A DNA stretch of 64,000 bases, taken from the NCBI GenBank assembly GCA_028280805.1, contig JANQLB010000053.1, forward strand, positions 1,372-65,371, read 5' to 3'. This document shows positions 10,770 through 20,283 of the stretch, one piece after another. The notes beneath the pieces were generated by a model. It searched no databases, had not been told where the DNA came from, and saw only the letters and a program-made list of their open reading frames with translations. This stretch comes from Tissierellales bacterium (GTDB lineage: Bacteria > Bacillota > Clostridia > Tissierellales > VENL01). The first letter of the stretch is position 1; the number at the start of each line of letters is the position of its first letter. Both the position numbers and the translations under genes were made by a program.

Positions 10770-10817
10770 CCTTTTATAGTATACATTGTAAAATACCTCT
10801 CCATGAAAGGAGAAGTA

Positions 10818-11888
10818 TTAGTTAAATATATCAGGGTATAATATCTTTGCTAATCCTAAGTATGCTTCATAGTATCTTGCATTTGGCTTGTAAAGATATA
10901 AGTCTTTTGGAAGGAAAATATATCTTCCTTCTTTAACAGCGGTTAAAGCACCCCACGCAGGATTTGATTCAACATCTTTTATAAGTTTATCTTTTATTTC
11001 ATCTACATCTCCCATAGTCTGAACAAGTATAAAATCCGGGTCTCTTTCTATAACTTTTTCCATGCTGAATATTTCCATTTCTTCATTGGTTAATTGTGCA
11101 TCATGAGCAATATTCTTAGCACCTAAATCATAAAGCATATCTCCTACAAAGGTGTTTTCAAGCTTAACACTTACATTTCTTGTTGATGTAAACATCAGTA
11201 AAACAGTTGGTTGTTTATCTTCAGGTACTTTATTAATTATTTCTTGTACTTTATCGCTAATATCTAATCCATTTTTAACGAATAAATCATCTCTCTCATT
11301 TAAAGCAGTAAAGATTTTAGTTACGTATAGGTATTGGTCAAAATTATCATATTCTATAGCTAAATATGGTATTTTATTCTGTTCTAGTATTGGAATAATC
11401 TCCGTCTGCCCTCTCATACCCGGTCTTATAATAACTAAATCAGGTTGCATTGATATGATTTTCTCCATATTAGGAGAAGTCATAGAACCTACTATTTCAG
11501 TATCCATAGCTTTTTCCGGAACTTTTGTCCTGCTTTCTATTCTTCCTATAACTTGTCCTCCAGCACCATACCATAAATCTAAGTATGAATTATATAGACA
11601 TACTACTTTTTGCGGATTCTTCTGTATTGTTACTTCTTTATCCATTCCATCAATAAATGTTACACTATCTTCGTTTATAATAACCTCATCAGCTAAAATA
11701 TTAAATTGATTTTTGTCATCCTGACCATTCTCTACATCGTCTTGATTATTTGTGTTTTCATTATTTACTTCGTTGTCCTGCCCTTGTAATACTTCATTAG
11801 ATTGATCTTGATTACAACCTGAAATTACACTTAAAATCATACATACAGTTATTGATATAACTAATATCTTTTTCATAATTGTTACCAT
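10818..11888 (-). CDS. Lipoprotein substrate-binding protein (BtuF/FecB-like), probably for cobalt or corrinoid
   Basis: Lipobox VISGC, PNMEKIISMQPDLV, W..LTAVKEGR; lies under the cobalamin riboswitch; start may be 11876. Confidence 0.85.
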   Translation of the reverse strand: MVTIMKKILVISITVCMILSVISGCNQDQSNEVLQGQDNEVNNENTNNQDDVENGQDDKNQFNILADEVIINEDSVTFIDGMDKEVTIQKNPQKVVCLYNSYLDLWYGAGGQVIGRIESRTKVPEKAMDTEIVGSMTSPNMEKIISMQPDLVIIRPGMRGQTEIIPILEQNKIPYLAIEYDNFDQYLYVTKIFTALNERDDLFVKNGLDISDKVQEIINKVPEDKQPTVLLMFTSTRNVSVKLENTFVGDMLYDLGAKNIAHDAQLTNEEMEIFSMEKVIERDPDFILVQTMGDVDEIKDKLIKDVESNPAWGALTAVKEGRYIFLPKDLYLYKPNARYYEAYLGLAKILYPDIFN

Positions 11889-11961
11889 TCCTTTCTGTTT
11901 ATATTTAATATATCTATGCTATATAGTAAGTTCTAAATTTACTTTACTGAAAAAATATATA

Positions 11962-12306
11962 CTAATCTCTCATTTCTTTACTGACTTCATCTTGTTGTAT
12001 AATTTGATTTTTTAAAGCATATTTTATAAAATCTTTAGAAACATTTCTTCCTTTTGCTTTACTCCATCTTATAACTTTGATAACATACTCCTTTGTAATT
12101 GGCTTTGGGAAACTAATAGCATTACCGGGACATTTCCATTCACATCCATGACACCCATCTACACAATCTGCCGGATTTTTAACTATTATATTTTGATTAT
12201 TTTTTTCAAACACTCCTTTAGGACAGTAGTTATAACAGAAACCACAGTTTGTACACTTTTCATTATCTATCAGAGGATGCCATATACCTTCTAAAAATCC
12301 TTCCAT
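11962..12306 (-). CDS. 2[4Fe-4S] ferredoxin-like protein with C-terminal extension
   Basis: CTNCGFCYNYCP and CVDGCHGCEWKCP; RBS AGGAGG. Confidence 0.85.
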   Translation of the reverse strand: MEGFLEGIWHPLIDNEKCTNCGFCYNYCPKGVFEKNNQNIIVKNPADCVDGCHGCEWKCPGNAISFPKPITKEYVIKVIRWSKAKGRNVSKDFIKYALKNQIIQQDEVSKEMRD

Positions 12307-12335
12307 AAAATATAACCTCCTATTTACTGCTTTTG

Positions 12336-13112
12336 CTATTTAACTGCCATAGCATCTCTTATATGCTTTACATATATATCTTGATATTTGGGGTTTTCAC
12401 CTAAACCGTGCATATATACTTCTACTTCAAACCCTTCTTTCTGAAGTAAAGACTTCCAAGAATCTTTTTCTCCGGCTAAATCATTTTTAGCATGATCTCC
12501 TGCTACAAGCATAAAAGGCATTAAAACAACCTTTTTAATCTTTGCTTTTTTAAGTTTAGGTATTATATGTTCTATTTCCGGATAACCCTTGACAGTACCT
12601 ACATAGACATTTAAATTTTCATCATTGATTACATTTTGTAAACAAGAGTAACAAGCATTAGCAGGATGATAAGTTCCATGACCCATTAGTAATACAGCTT
12701 TATCTTGACTTAATTCTGGCAGCTGATGTTTTAGAGCATTTACAGCAATCTTGTAATCTTTAACAAGTGTTAATAACGGTCTTCCTAAAATTAATTTGTC
12801 AAATGAATTATCAAACTCTCTTACAGTTTCAACTATATCTCCATATTCTTTACCGGGAATTATATGTAAGGGTTGAACAATAACTTCATTAAACTTTTCA
12901 TCTCTCATTTTAATTAGAGCCTCGTGTGGAGTATCTACTATAATATTATCCCTTGACTTTAATTTGTTTATTATCATGTTTGATGTAAAGGCTCGTCTTA
13001 CATCAAACCAAAGAAACTCTTGTGCTATTTTTGTTTCTACACTTTCAATACAAGTTTTTCTAGTTTCTTCATAAGAAGTTCCAAAACTAACCACAAGTAT
13101 ACCTTTTTTCAT
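12336..13112 (-). CDS. cbiK: Sirohydrochlorin cobaltochelatase
   Basis: VVSFGTS, AFTSNMI, QPLHIIPG.EY, MGHGT.H, PFMLVAGDHA.ND; start 13112 or 13130. Confidence 0.93.
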   Translation of the reverse strand: MKKGILVVSFGTSYEETRKTCIESVETKIAQEFLWFDVRRAFTSNMIINKLKSRDNIIVDTPHEALIKMRDEKFNEVIVQPLHIIPGKEYGDIVETVREFDNSFDKLILGRPLLTLVKDYKIAVNALKHQLPELSQDKAVLLMGHGTYHPANACYSCLQNVINDENLNVYVGTVKGYPEIEHIIPKLKKAKIKKVVLMPFMLVAGDHAKNDLAGEKDSWKSLLQKEGFEVEVYMHGLGENPKYQDIYVKHIRDAMAVK

Positions 13113-13147
13113 CTTATCTCTTCCTTTCATATTTTATTTTATATAAT

Positions 13148-13182
13148 AAAAAGCTCTGCCTTCTAAGAAAAGTCAGAGCTTT
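13148..13182 (-). terminator. Intrinsic terminator of the cobalamin riboswitch expression platform
   Basis: Minus strand AAAGCTCTGACTT-ttctt-AGAAGGCAGAGCTTTT, between the aptamer and cbiK. Confidence 0.7.
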
Positions 13183-13273
13183 AGGATTATTATATATAAA
13201 AATTTCTAACAGAAATTGATAAACTATTATCCTGCACTACACCTTTACTCGGAAGGTCGTATGCAAAACTATC

Positions 13274-13437
13274 AAGGCAGGTCTCCTGACTTGTGGATCA
13301 AAGCTTATTCTTTACCTTCCCAGTATAACCCAGTGGCATTAAAAAGAATAACTCCCCACTTACAGTGGCCGGACCGTTCGGGATTTTAACCCGATTCCCT
13401 ATTAATCTTTAAATTTAATTTAAAGAACCTAGATAAG
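13274..13437 (-). ncRNA. Cobalamin riboswitch
   Basis: Minus strand has AGGTT...AATAGGGAA.CGGGTTAAAATCCCG...CCACTGTAA...GCCACTGGG..CTGGGAAGG...AGTCAGGAGACCTGCC (B12 box); upstream of the cbi operon. Confidence 0.95.
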
Positions 13438-13551
13438 TCGCTTTATTAAATTGTTTTTTTATAACTTGTCTATCCATAATTATTTTAACTTATTTTATTA
13501 ATAATATCAACAACTAAGAAATAAATAATAGTGTCAAGTTATTTTTAGAAA

Positions 13552-13646
13552 ATAAAGTAAGACTAAATTTAGTGTACACGTAGTCGTATTATCCATATAC
13601 TATATAATTCTTTACTCATCACTTAGAAGCAAGAATATTAAATTTG
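13552..13646 (+). repeat. Degenerate copy of an intergenic palindromic repeat (first hairpin deleted)
   Basis: ATAAAGTAAGACT and TAGTCGTATTATCCATATACTATATAATTCTTTACTCAT closely match 59383-59512. Confidence 0.75.
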
Positions 13647-13738
13647 AGATTTATTTCTTCTTTGATAGTGTTTTTATCATATTTATTTCTCTGATTAATA
13701 TTTATAGAATTAACGACAGCTTTTAATGAGGTGATTAA

Positions 13739-15265
13739 TTGAAAAAAACAGAATTTCTTTGTGGAACTGTAATACTCGCTGCTTCCGCCTTGATTGTTAG
13801 ATTGATAAGTTTTACCTACGACATCACACTGTCTAGAGTAATCGGAGCAGAAGCAATAGGTCTTTTTTATATGATTAATCCCATTCTTATGATTTTTCTA
13901 ATGATTACTACAACCGGAATACCTACGGCTGTTTCTAGATTAACCGCTAAAGCTAAACTTAAAAATAACTACTATGAAGCAGTTATTACGATTAATACTG
14001 CTATTTCATTAACATTAATAATTTCATTTTTACTAATAATTGTTTTAATCTGTTTTTCTGAATATATAAGTTTTAGCCTATATGAAAACAAAGAAATTTT
14101 ATCATTAATATACTTCATTATTCCTGCTATACCTATATTGTCATTAACATCTGTATTAAGAGGATATTTATATGGTTTAAATAAAATGCTTAAAGCAGGT
14201 TTTTCAGAAATTATTGAGCATATTAGCCGTTTTGCTATAGTTATGCTTATTATCTGTTACTTTCAGCCTTTATCTCCATATAACTTATGTAAAGCTGCAA
14301 TACTTGGTATTAGTATAGGAGAGTTTATAGATTTGATATATTTAATATTTGTTTATAAAAATATTACAAAGAAAACAGAATTACGTATATACAAAAAAGT
14401 CCAAGTTAAATCAATACTTCTAAATATACTTTACATATCAGCACCTCTTACAATTTTAGGGTTTATAAACGTTGGTTCTCAATCATTAAGTGCAGTTTTA
14501 ATTCCGAGAAAGCTTATTGAAGCAGGTATTCATGAGTTGCAGGCTACTAAAATATTTGGAAGAGTTATGGGAATGGGATTACCCCTTGTGTACTTACCTT
14601 ACATTATTACGTCTGCAATCGTTATTAATATTATTCCTAATGTATCTAAACAGTTTCAATTAAAAGACTATAAGGACATTAAAAGTAATATTAATATATC
14701 TATTAGAGTAACAATGCTGGTAACTTTACCGATTATGGCTATTTACATTCTTTTTTCCGAGCCTCTTAGTGCTTTATTGTATGATGATGTCTATGCAGGA
14801 GAATACATAAGAATTATGGCATATAGTATGCCGTTTTTATCTATTCAACATATTTTTTCTGGAATACTTTGTGGAATAGGTAAACAAGTTAGAGCAACAT
14901 TAAATCGTGTATTAGGTATTAGTTTACAGATTATTTGTATAGCTTTACTTGTAAAAAATCCCGCATATGCTATAAACGGATATTTTTTAGGTTTTATAGC
15001 TTCTCCTATAGTTGTCTGCTTATTTGATATGACAATTTTACATAGATATTTACGTTCGTCTGTTGCTGACTTTGTGTTTTTATTTAAAATCTTAGCGGTT
15101 ACTTCTGTTACATTAATTTTTTCACTATTTTATTACAATCTGTTTGTAGATTATGGTATGCCTGCTAACAGCATCATGATTTTTACAATTTTAATTTATA
15201 TCTTTTTATATATATTTATACTTATTCTCTTAAAAGCAAATCCATTAAAATCTAAATTCCAATAA
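13739..15265 (+). CDS. spoVB: SpoVB/MurJ-family (MOP) flippase, polysaccharide biosynthesis protein
   Basis: GTVIL, LSRVIGAEAIGL, TTGIPTAVS, LRGY..G, multiple TM helices. Confidence 0.75.
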   Translation: MKKTEFLCGTVILAASALIVRLISFTYDITLSRVIGAEAIGLFYMINPILMIFLMITTTGIPTAVSRLTAKAKLKNNYYEAVITINTAISLTLIISFLLIIVLICFSEYISFSLYENKEILSLIYFIIPAIPILSLTSVLRGYLYGLNKMLKAGFSEIIEHISRFAIVMLIICYFQPLSPYNLCKAAILGISIGEFIDLIYLIFVYKNITKKTELRIYKKVQVKSILLNILYISAPLTILGFINVGSQSLSAVLIPRKLIEAGIHELQATKIFGRVMGMGLPLVYLPYIITSAIVINIIPNVSKQFQLKDYKDIKSNINISIRVTMLVTLPIMAIYILFSEPLSALLYDDVYAGEYIRIMAYSMPFLSIQHIFSGILCGIGKQVRATLNRVLGISLQIICIALLVKNPAYAINGYFLGFIASPIVVCLFDMTILHRYLRSSVADFVFLFKILAVTSVTLIFSLFYYNLFVDYGMPANSIMIFTILIYIFLYIFILILLKANPLKSKFQ

Positions 15266-15290
15266 AAACAATAAAAGTTTGATTGATTAG
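15253..15290 (+). repeat. Direct repeat copy 1 (includes the spoVB-like 3' end and stop)
   Basis: TAAATTCCAATAAAAACAATAAAAGTTTGATTGATTAG; 34/38 identical to 17133-17170. Confidence 0.8.
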
Positions 15291-15473
15291 GTTTATTGTA
15301 ATTTAATTTTTCAGTAAAATTTCGGCATGTTTATAAAAAATATCCGAATAAATAACTGTTAAACAGCACTTTATTATAATCTAAATCTTAAGATTAAATA
15401 ATCTTAGGAGCTTAAGATAGGTTAAATAATCTTATATATAATATATTATCAGATTAAATGGTAATAATACAAA

Positions 15474-15507
15474 TAGGGAAAAGCCTCTAACTAAAGACTT
15501 TTCCCTA
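15474..15507. terminator. Stem-loop, probable terminator
   Basis: TAGGGAAAAG...CTTTTCCCTA between convergent genes. Confidence 0.55.
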
Positions 15508-15633
15508 ATAAAACTTGAAACAATAAATTTAAATATGATTATACGCAAATTTGTAAAAAATATAACTCAATATCATAAATTATGTAAATTGTGATAAAGA
15601 ATTTACATTAAGGCACGAAGAAGGAATATAAGT

Positions 15634-16854
15634 TTATTCGCTCTTCTCTGCTAATTCTCCCTGCTCAATTAAGGAAATTAATCTCTTGGTCAATAGTATT
15701 ACTTGGTTCGTGTCTACCAAATCATCAGAATTATTTACCGTAATCGCAATTGCATAAACAGGTTCACCTTCATCTTTTTGAAGCAGATGGGTAAATTGGA
15801 GGACTCCAGGCTCTGAACCACCTTTATATCCTGCCATGTGCCATTTTGTCTTTTCCGCTAAGCCCGGATTGATACTTAATTCATCAGCCTCTTTGAGGGC
15901 ATAAATTACCTGACACAGTTCTTTCGTAGTAAAAAACCATTCTACGTCTTCAATTAAAGTAGGAGAAGACCAAATCGGCTGGTTTATATCCAGTTCGTAA
16001 TCTTTCAATTCATTAAGAATACGCCTTTTTTCAGCCACATCTCCATTGATATATTTTTCCTGCTGCTCCGGCTCCATACTAAGTTTAATCTTAAAGAACT
16101 CAACCGTTTTCAAAACAGGCTTCGTTACTTCCGGTACGTATTCTTCAACCTTTTCTCTGCCTAAATAATCCAATAAATGATCAGTTGCTGTATTGTCACT
16201 AAATGAGATCATTAAATTGGTCAATGTCTTAAGCGTAAGAGGTGTTTTTACCGGCCAATTTTGTATTATTCCGCCAGGGGCCTTATTCTCTTGATTGATG
16301 AAAAGCACACTATCCCATGAAAGATTGCCTGCCTCAACCTGATCGTAGACTGCTTGTAAAACATATAATTTAAAGGCAGAACCAACCGCCAACGGTTGAT
16401 CGGCATTATAGTCCAATAATATTTCGTCATTATCCTGGATAACACAAACCGAGGCAACACCTTCCATTTCCTCAAATTGTGCTAAAATGCTATCCAATGA
16501 ATCCTCAGTTAAAGTCCACATCCCAAAATATATTCCGTCGATCTGATTATCTTTATTTACTGATATTGCTATCGGGGCGTTTCCTTTTTCAAAGATAAGT
16601 GTATATCCCACCTCTGTAGTAGTTACTTCTTTTAAACGACCCAAATTACTTTTGTAACTATCCAGTATTCCAATTAAGTTTTCGGCTGGAACCTCTTGCA
16701 GAAATGAGGGCTCAAATAAATCTATGACCTGATTATCTTCCAGATTAAACAAGTCAAAAATTAGCCTTTCCTCAATATCTCCATCAGTCGCCAACACTGT
16801 TCCTGACAATACAATCATTAAAATTAAGGTTGTTAAAAATATTTTTTTAATCAT
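15634..16854 (-). CDS. Secreted serine hydrolase, class A beta-lactamase-like fold
   Basis: Signal peptide; SxxK (GSAFKLY), SDN (FSDNTATD), KGGSEPG; extra N-terminal domain. Confidence 0.85.
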   Translation of the reverse strand: MIKKIFLTTLILMIVLSGTVLATDGDIEERLIFDLFNLEDNQVIDLFEPSFLQEVPAENLIGILDSYKSNLGRLKEVTTTEVGYTLIFEKGNAPIAISVNKDNQIDGIYFGMWTLTEDSLDSILAQFEEMEGVASVCVIQDNDEILLDYNADQPLAVGSAFKLYVLQAVYDQVEAGNLSWDSVLFINQENKAPGGIIQNWPVKTPLTLKTLTNLMISFSDNTATDHLLDYLGREKVEEYVPEVTKPVLKTVEFFKIKLSMEPEQQEKYINGDVAEKRRILNELKDYELDINQPIWSSPTLIEDVEWFFTTKELCQVIYALKEADELSINPGLAEKTKWHMAGYKGGSEPGVLQFTHLLQKDEGEPVYAIAITVNNSDDLVDTNQVILLTKRLISLIEQGELAEKSE

Positions 16855-17132
16855 GATTAACGCCTCCCCATTTAAATAAAAATTAACATCAAAATCTTTG
16901 TTTAATCTCTTCCTAATTACTATATTTTACTTATTGAAATCACCCTTCGTTATGAAGTCCTAGAACCACCCCCCCTCACTCAATATTGAAATTTAACTTC
17001 TAAAAATAACAGAATTTTCATCAAGCAAAAAGCTTCTATGGAGTGAAAGTTTATTTTTAGAATTTGATCATAATAATGATGTTATGATTCATGATAAATC
17101 ATTTTTTTATTTATCTAAAAAAGATAAAAGCT

Positions 17133-17170
17133 TAAATTCCAATAAAGCCAATCAAAGTTTGATTGATTGG
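17133..17170 (+). repeat. Direct repeat copy 2, part of an intact terminator hairpin
   Basis: TAAATTCCAATAAAGCCAATCAAAGTTTGATTGATTGG; hairpin AAAGCCAATCAA/TTGATTGGCTTT downstream of cvfB. Confidence 0.8.
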
Positions 17171-17234
17171 CTTTTATCATAATTCTCTTTATAGGTTTTA
17201 CTCTGATACTTGAATCATCTGTATATTTTTGTAT

Positions 17235-18077
17235 TTATTTGGGATTTATCTCAATTCCGGTTTTAGTTATTCTAATTATTTTATTTTTCAAAAGATTTCC
17301 TACAGCTCTCTTAAATGCACTTTTACTCATGTTTAATTCACTTTTTATCTTACTAGGTGAGCTGTTGTCATTTAAAGATATTCTGCCGCCTTTAATTTCT
17401 AATTCTTTTAAAATTTTCTGCACATCTTTATCTATCTGTTTATAAGCTTTTTTTCTAAGGCTTAAATCTAACTTTCCATCTTCTCTAACTTTATTTATTC
17501 TTGCCTCTGCTTTATCTCCATAGTTAAAGTCTTGGAATACTTCTTTTCTTGGTATTAATCCATGATATTTATTATCAACTGCTATAAAAACACCTAATTC
17601 CTTATTAAGATTGTATACTGTTCCCTTTACCCAGTCACCTTCTTTGTAAGGTGATTGACTGCTTAACATTTTATATACATCCATAGTTGCCGATAATCTA
17701 TTACTCTTGTCTATGTATAATCCTACCAGATATTTTCTTCCTTTTACTACTTTTCGTTTCTGTTCTTTAAAAGGTAAAAATAAATCTTTGTCTAAACCCC
17801 AATCCAAGAAAGCTCCAATCTTAGTAATATCAACAACTTGAAGAAGTTCTATTCTTCCTATAGTTATTTTTGGTGTTTTGACCGTAGCAATAGGTCTATC
17901 TTGAGAGTCGTTGTATACAAATACTTCAACTTCATCTCCAACTTTAATACCTTTCGGCACTTGTCCCTTTGGTAATAGCACATCATCATCCTTCTTTCCT
18001 TTTTTCTCGTTAAGAAAAGCACCGTTTGAAACTATTCTATCAATATATAATTTCTGTATTTCACCTAACCTAATCAT
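17235..18077 (-). CDS. cvfB: CvfB/YitL-family S1 RNA-binding protein
   Basis: GAFL, VFVYNDSQDR.IAT, GAFLDWGLDKDLFLP, MSKSAFKRAVG.L. Confidence 0.88.
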   Translation of the reverse strand: MIRLGEIQKLYIDRIVSNGAFLNEKKGKKDDDVLLPKGQVPKGIKVGDEVEVFVYNDSQDRPIATVKTPKITIGRIELLQVVDITKIGAFLDWGLDKDLFLPFKEQKRKVVKGRKYLVGLYIDKSNRLSATMDVYKMLSSQSPYKEGDWVKGTVYNLNKELGVFIAVDNKYHGLIPRKEVFQDFNYGDKAEARINKVREDGKLDLSLRKKAYKQIDKDVQKILKELEIKGGRISLNDNSSPSKIKSELNMSKSAFKRAVGNLLKNKIIRITKTGIEINPK

Positions 18078-18356
18078 CCTATAACTTCATCTCCTATTTT
18101 TGTTTTGCTTTAAACCTATATCCATAGTATATTATACTTTACTGATTAAATATATATAAATCTTTATATTCTTATATGAATAATAATTCTTATTATATTA
18201 ATTCCTTCTTCTCTAGTATATATAGTACAATAAATCCAACTATAATAAAGACTATTGTAAATACCGCTTCATAGATTAACAACATTATTTAACACCTCAT
18301 TTAATATTTTAAGTATAGTATTTTCATTTAGCAGAAAAATAACTACAAATATAAAG

Positions 18357-19100
18357 ATGAGGGTGATTGTTATAAAAGTATTTATAGAAATCGTAATACA
18401 GACTTTTTTAGCTTTTTTTACTCTTTTATTTATCGCTAGAATTTTAGGCAGACAGCAGGTTTCACAGCTTACATTTTATGAATACGTAAATGGAATTACA
18501 TTTGGCTCTATTGCTGCAAACTTGGCTACTGATGTCGATCAAAATACTTTTCAACATTTTATAGGCTTACTGCTATTTGGTCTTTTAACTGGTATTGTTT
18601 CATATGCCTGTTTAAAAAAAAGAAGTTTTAGAAAAGTAGTGCAAGGAGAGCCTGTCATAGTTATACAAGATGGAAAAGTATTTGAGAATAATTTAAAACG
18701 TATTAGATACAGTTTAGATGAATTAAATGTGCTGTTAAGAAATAGAGGGATCTTTTCACTGTCAGATGTAAAATATGCTTTAATAGAAATTAACGGTAAT
18801 GTAAGTATCATAAAAAAGCAGGATAAAATGAATGTTACAACTGGAGATTTAGGAATTGTAGGTAAAGATGAATCTCTAGAGACTGAAATTATCATAGGTG
18901 GTCAAATAATATACGAAAACTTAAGAGAGAAAAATATACCCGGAAAAGAACTTTTAAATATGCTAAAACCTTTTGGAGTAAAACGGATTGATGAGGTATC
19001 ATTTGCTTCTATAGATCAAAATAATAAAATATATGTTGATAAGTATGATGATGATATTGATAAACCATTAGATATTAGTGAAAACAATGATAATATCTAA
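18357..19100 (+). CDS. DUF421 (YetF-like) membrane protein
   Basis: LGRQQVSQLT..Y..GIT.GSIA, GEP.IVI.DG, A.IE.NG..S. Confidence 0.88.
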   Translation: MRVIVIKVFIEIVIQTFLAFFTLLFIARILGRQQVSQLTFYEYVNGITFGSIAANLATDVDQNTFQHFIGLLLFGLLTGIVSYACLKKRSFRKVVQGEPVIVIQDGKVFENNLKRIRYSLDELNVLLRNRGIFSLSDVKYALIEINGNVSIIKKQDKMNVTTGDLGIVGKDESLETEIIIGGQIIYENLREKNIPGKELLNMLKPFGVKRIDEVSFASIDQNNKIYVDKYDDDIDKPLDISENNDNI

Positions 19101-19107
19101 TTGATAT

Positions 19108-19134
19108 AAGGATGACGGTTTATACGTCATCCTT
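19108..19134. terminator. Terminator hairpin between convergent genes
   Basis: TAAGGATGACG-gttta-TACGTCATCCTTA followed by a T-run. Confidence 0.65.
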
Positions 19135-20068
19135 AGTTTTTTTGTAATTCATTTTTTTCTAATAAGATTTTAATGTTTCTGGGAATAGCGTTTATCCATT
19201 CGTGCATACCTAAAAATTTCACTTTCTTTTTCATAGCATTAGGAAACTCTTTAATTGATTTTCCGGAGAGAAGTAAATCAGTTTCTATTTCATCAAATTC
19301 AATCGGACCAATAACATTATCTATATAATCCTTGTTTTCAGGGCAGATATTTTGACACATCAAACAATCATAAATACAATGATGTACTGATTTAGGCAGC
19401 CACTTGGGAAAATCTCTTGGAGATTCATTAAAATAAGATAAACAGCGTTCATTATTGATTAAAAACCTATCTTTTATAATTGCACCTGTAGGACAATTGT
19501 TTAAGCATGCTTTACAATTACTGCAATTATCCATCTGACTGACTTCATACCAGTTATCATCTACACATGGTATATCAGTTAAATATGCTGTCAAAGTTAA
19601 AAAACTACCCATTCCATCAACATAACAAATATTATTTCGCCCATATTGTGCTAACCCGCTTCTCACTGCTAAACGCTTTAGAGGTAGTCGTCCGGCACTT
19701 TTAATTTGGTATCCTTTTGATTTTAATAACTTAGTAAGATATTGTTTAGTAGCAGCAGGTGCATCTTTTTTACCAATATAAGCACGGGCAAGACTAATCA
19801 ATTGAACTTTTTTACCTTCTAAATTAAAGGTTACTTTTGCATATGAGGGAGTAGGTGATGCAATTATTATAATAGAACGTACCTGAAAATCAGTATTCGG
19901 GAGCTTAAAATTATAAATTTTATCTGTAATAAAGTTTTGGAATCTATTTAAATCTTCATTATTTTTAAAGTTTTCAATATCATTTTTTAAATCTTCTAGT
20001 CGCTCAATGGGAATAACTTGACATCTGTCACCGTTTATTAGTATTTGTTTTTTAAGTAGTTCGACCAT
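19133..20068 (-). CDS. Epoxyqueuosine-reductase (QueG)-like 4Fe-4S dicluster protein
   Basis: KRLAVRSGLAQYGRNN...GS, CSNCKACLNNCPTGAI, CLSY, DCLMCQNICP. Confidence 0.75.
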   Translation of the reverse strand: MVELLKKQILINGDRCQVIPIERLEDLKNDIENFKNNEDLNRFQNFITDKIYNFKLPNTDFQVRSIIIIASPTPSYAKVTFNLEGKKVQLISLARAYIGKKDAPAATKQYLTKLLKSKGYQIKSAGRLPLKRLAVRSGLAQYGRNNICYVDGMGSFLTLTAYLTDIPCVDDNWYEVSQMDNCSNCKACLNNCPTGAIIKDRFLINNERCLSYFNESPRDFPKWLPKSVHHCIYDCLMCQNICPENKDYIDNVIGPIEFDEIETDLLLSGKSIKEFPNAMKKKVKFLGMHEWINAIPRNIKILLEKNELQKN

Positions 20069-20283
20069 TTAATTTACCTCCTGATAATAAATTTATTTAA
20101 GTATACCATATATAGTTGACATATGTATGTCATATATAAAGTAAAACTTTATAGACAAGAGGATGTATTTCATATTAAGCATTTTATCTTTATTTCTTAT
20201 AATTTTTCATTTGATTACCTACTTAATTTAAAATATAATCAAATAGAAAGATATTAATAATCTATTGATAGGGGGAATAGATA

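Noticed and set aside
11152..11709. 185-aa plus-strand ORF and the other short antisense ORFs (e.g. 466, 3068, 4039, 4764, 7204, 28636, 34190, 39968, 43727, 48100, 63712)
   Set aside because: They lie opposite well-supported genes, have no evident RBS, and show the Ile/Ser/Phe-rich composition of antisense shadows.
16266..16475. Same-strand alternate-frame ORF within the serine hydrolase
   Set aside because: Fully nested, with no recognisable motif or RBS.
17167..17445. Hydrophobic 92-aa plus-strand ORF
   Set aside because: Mostly antisense to the Lys-rich cvfB 3' end and starts inside a terminator hairpin.
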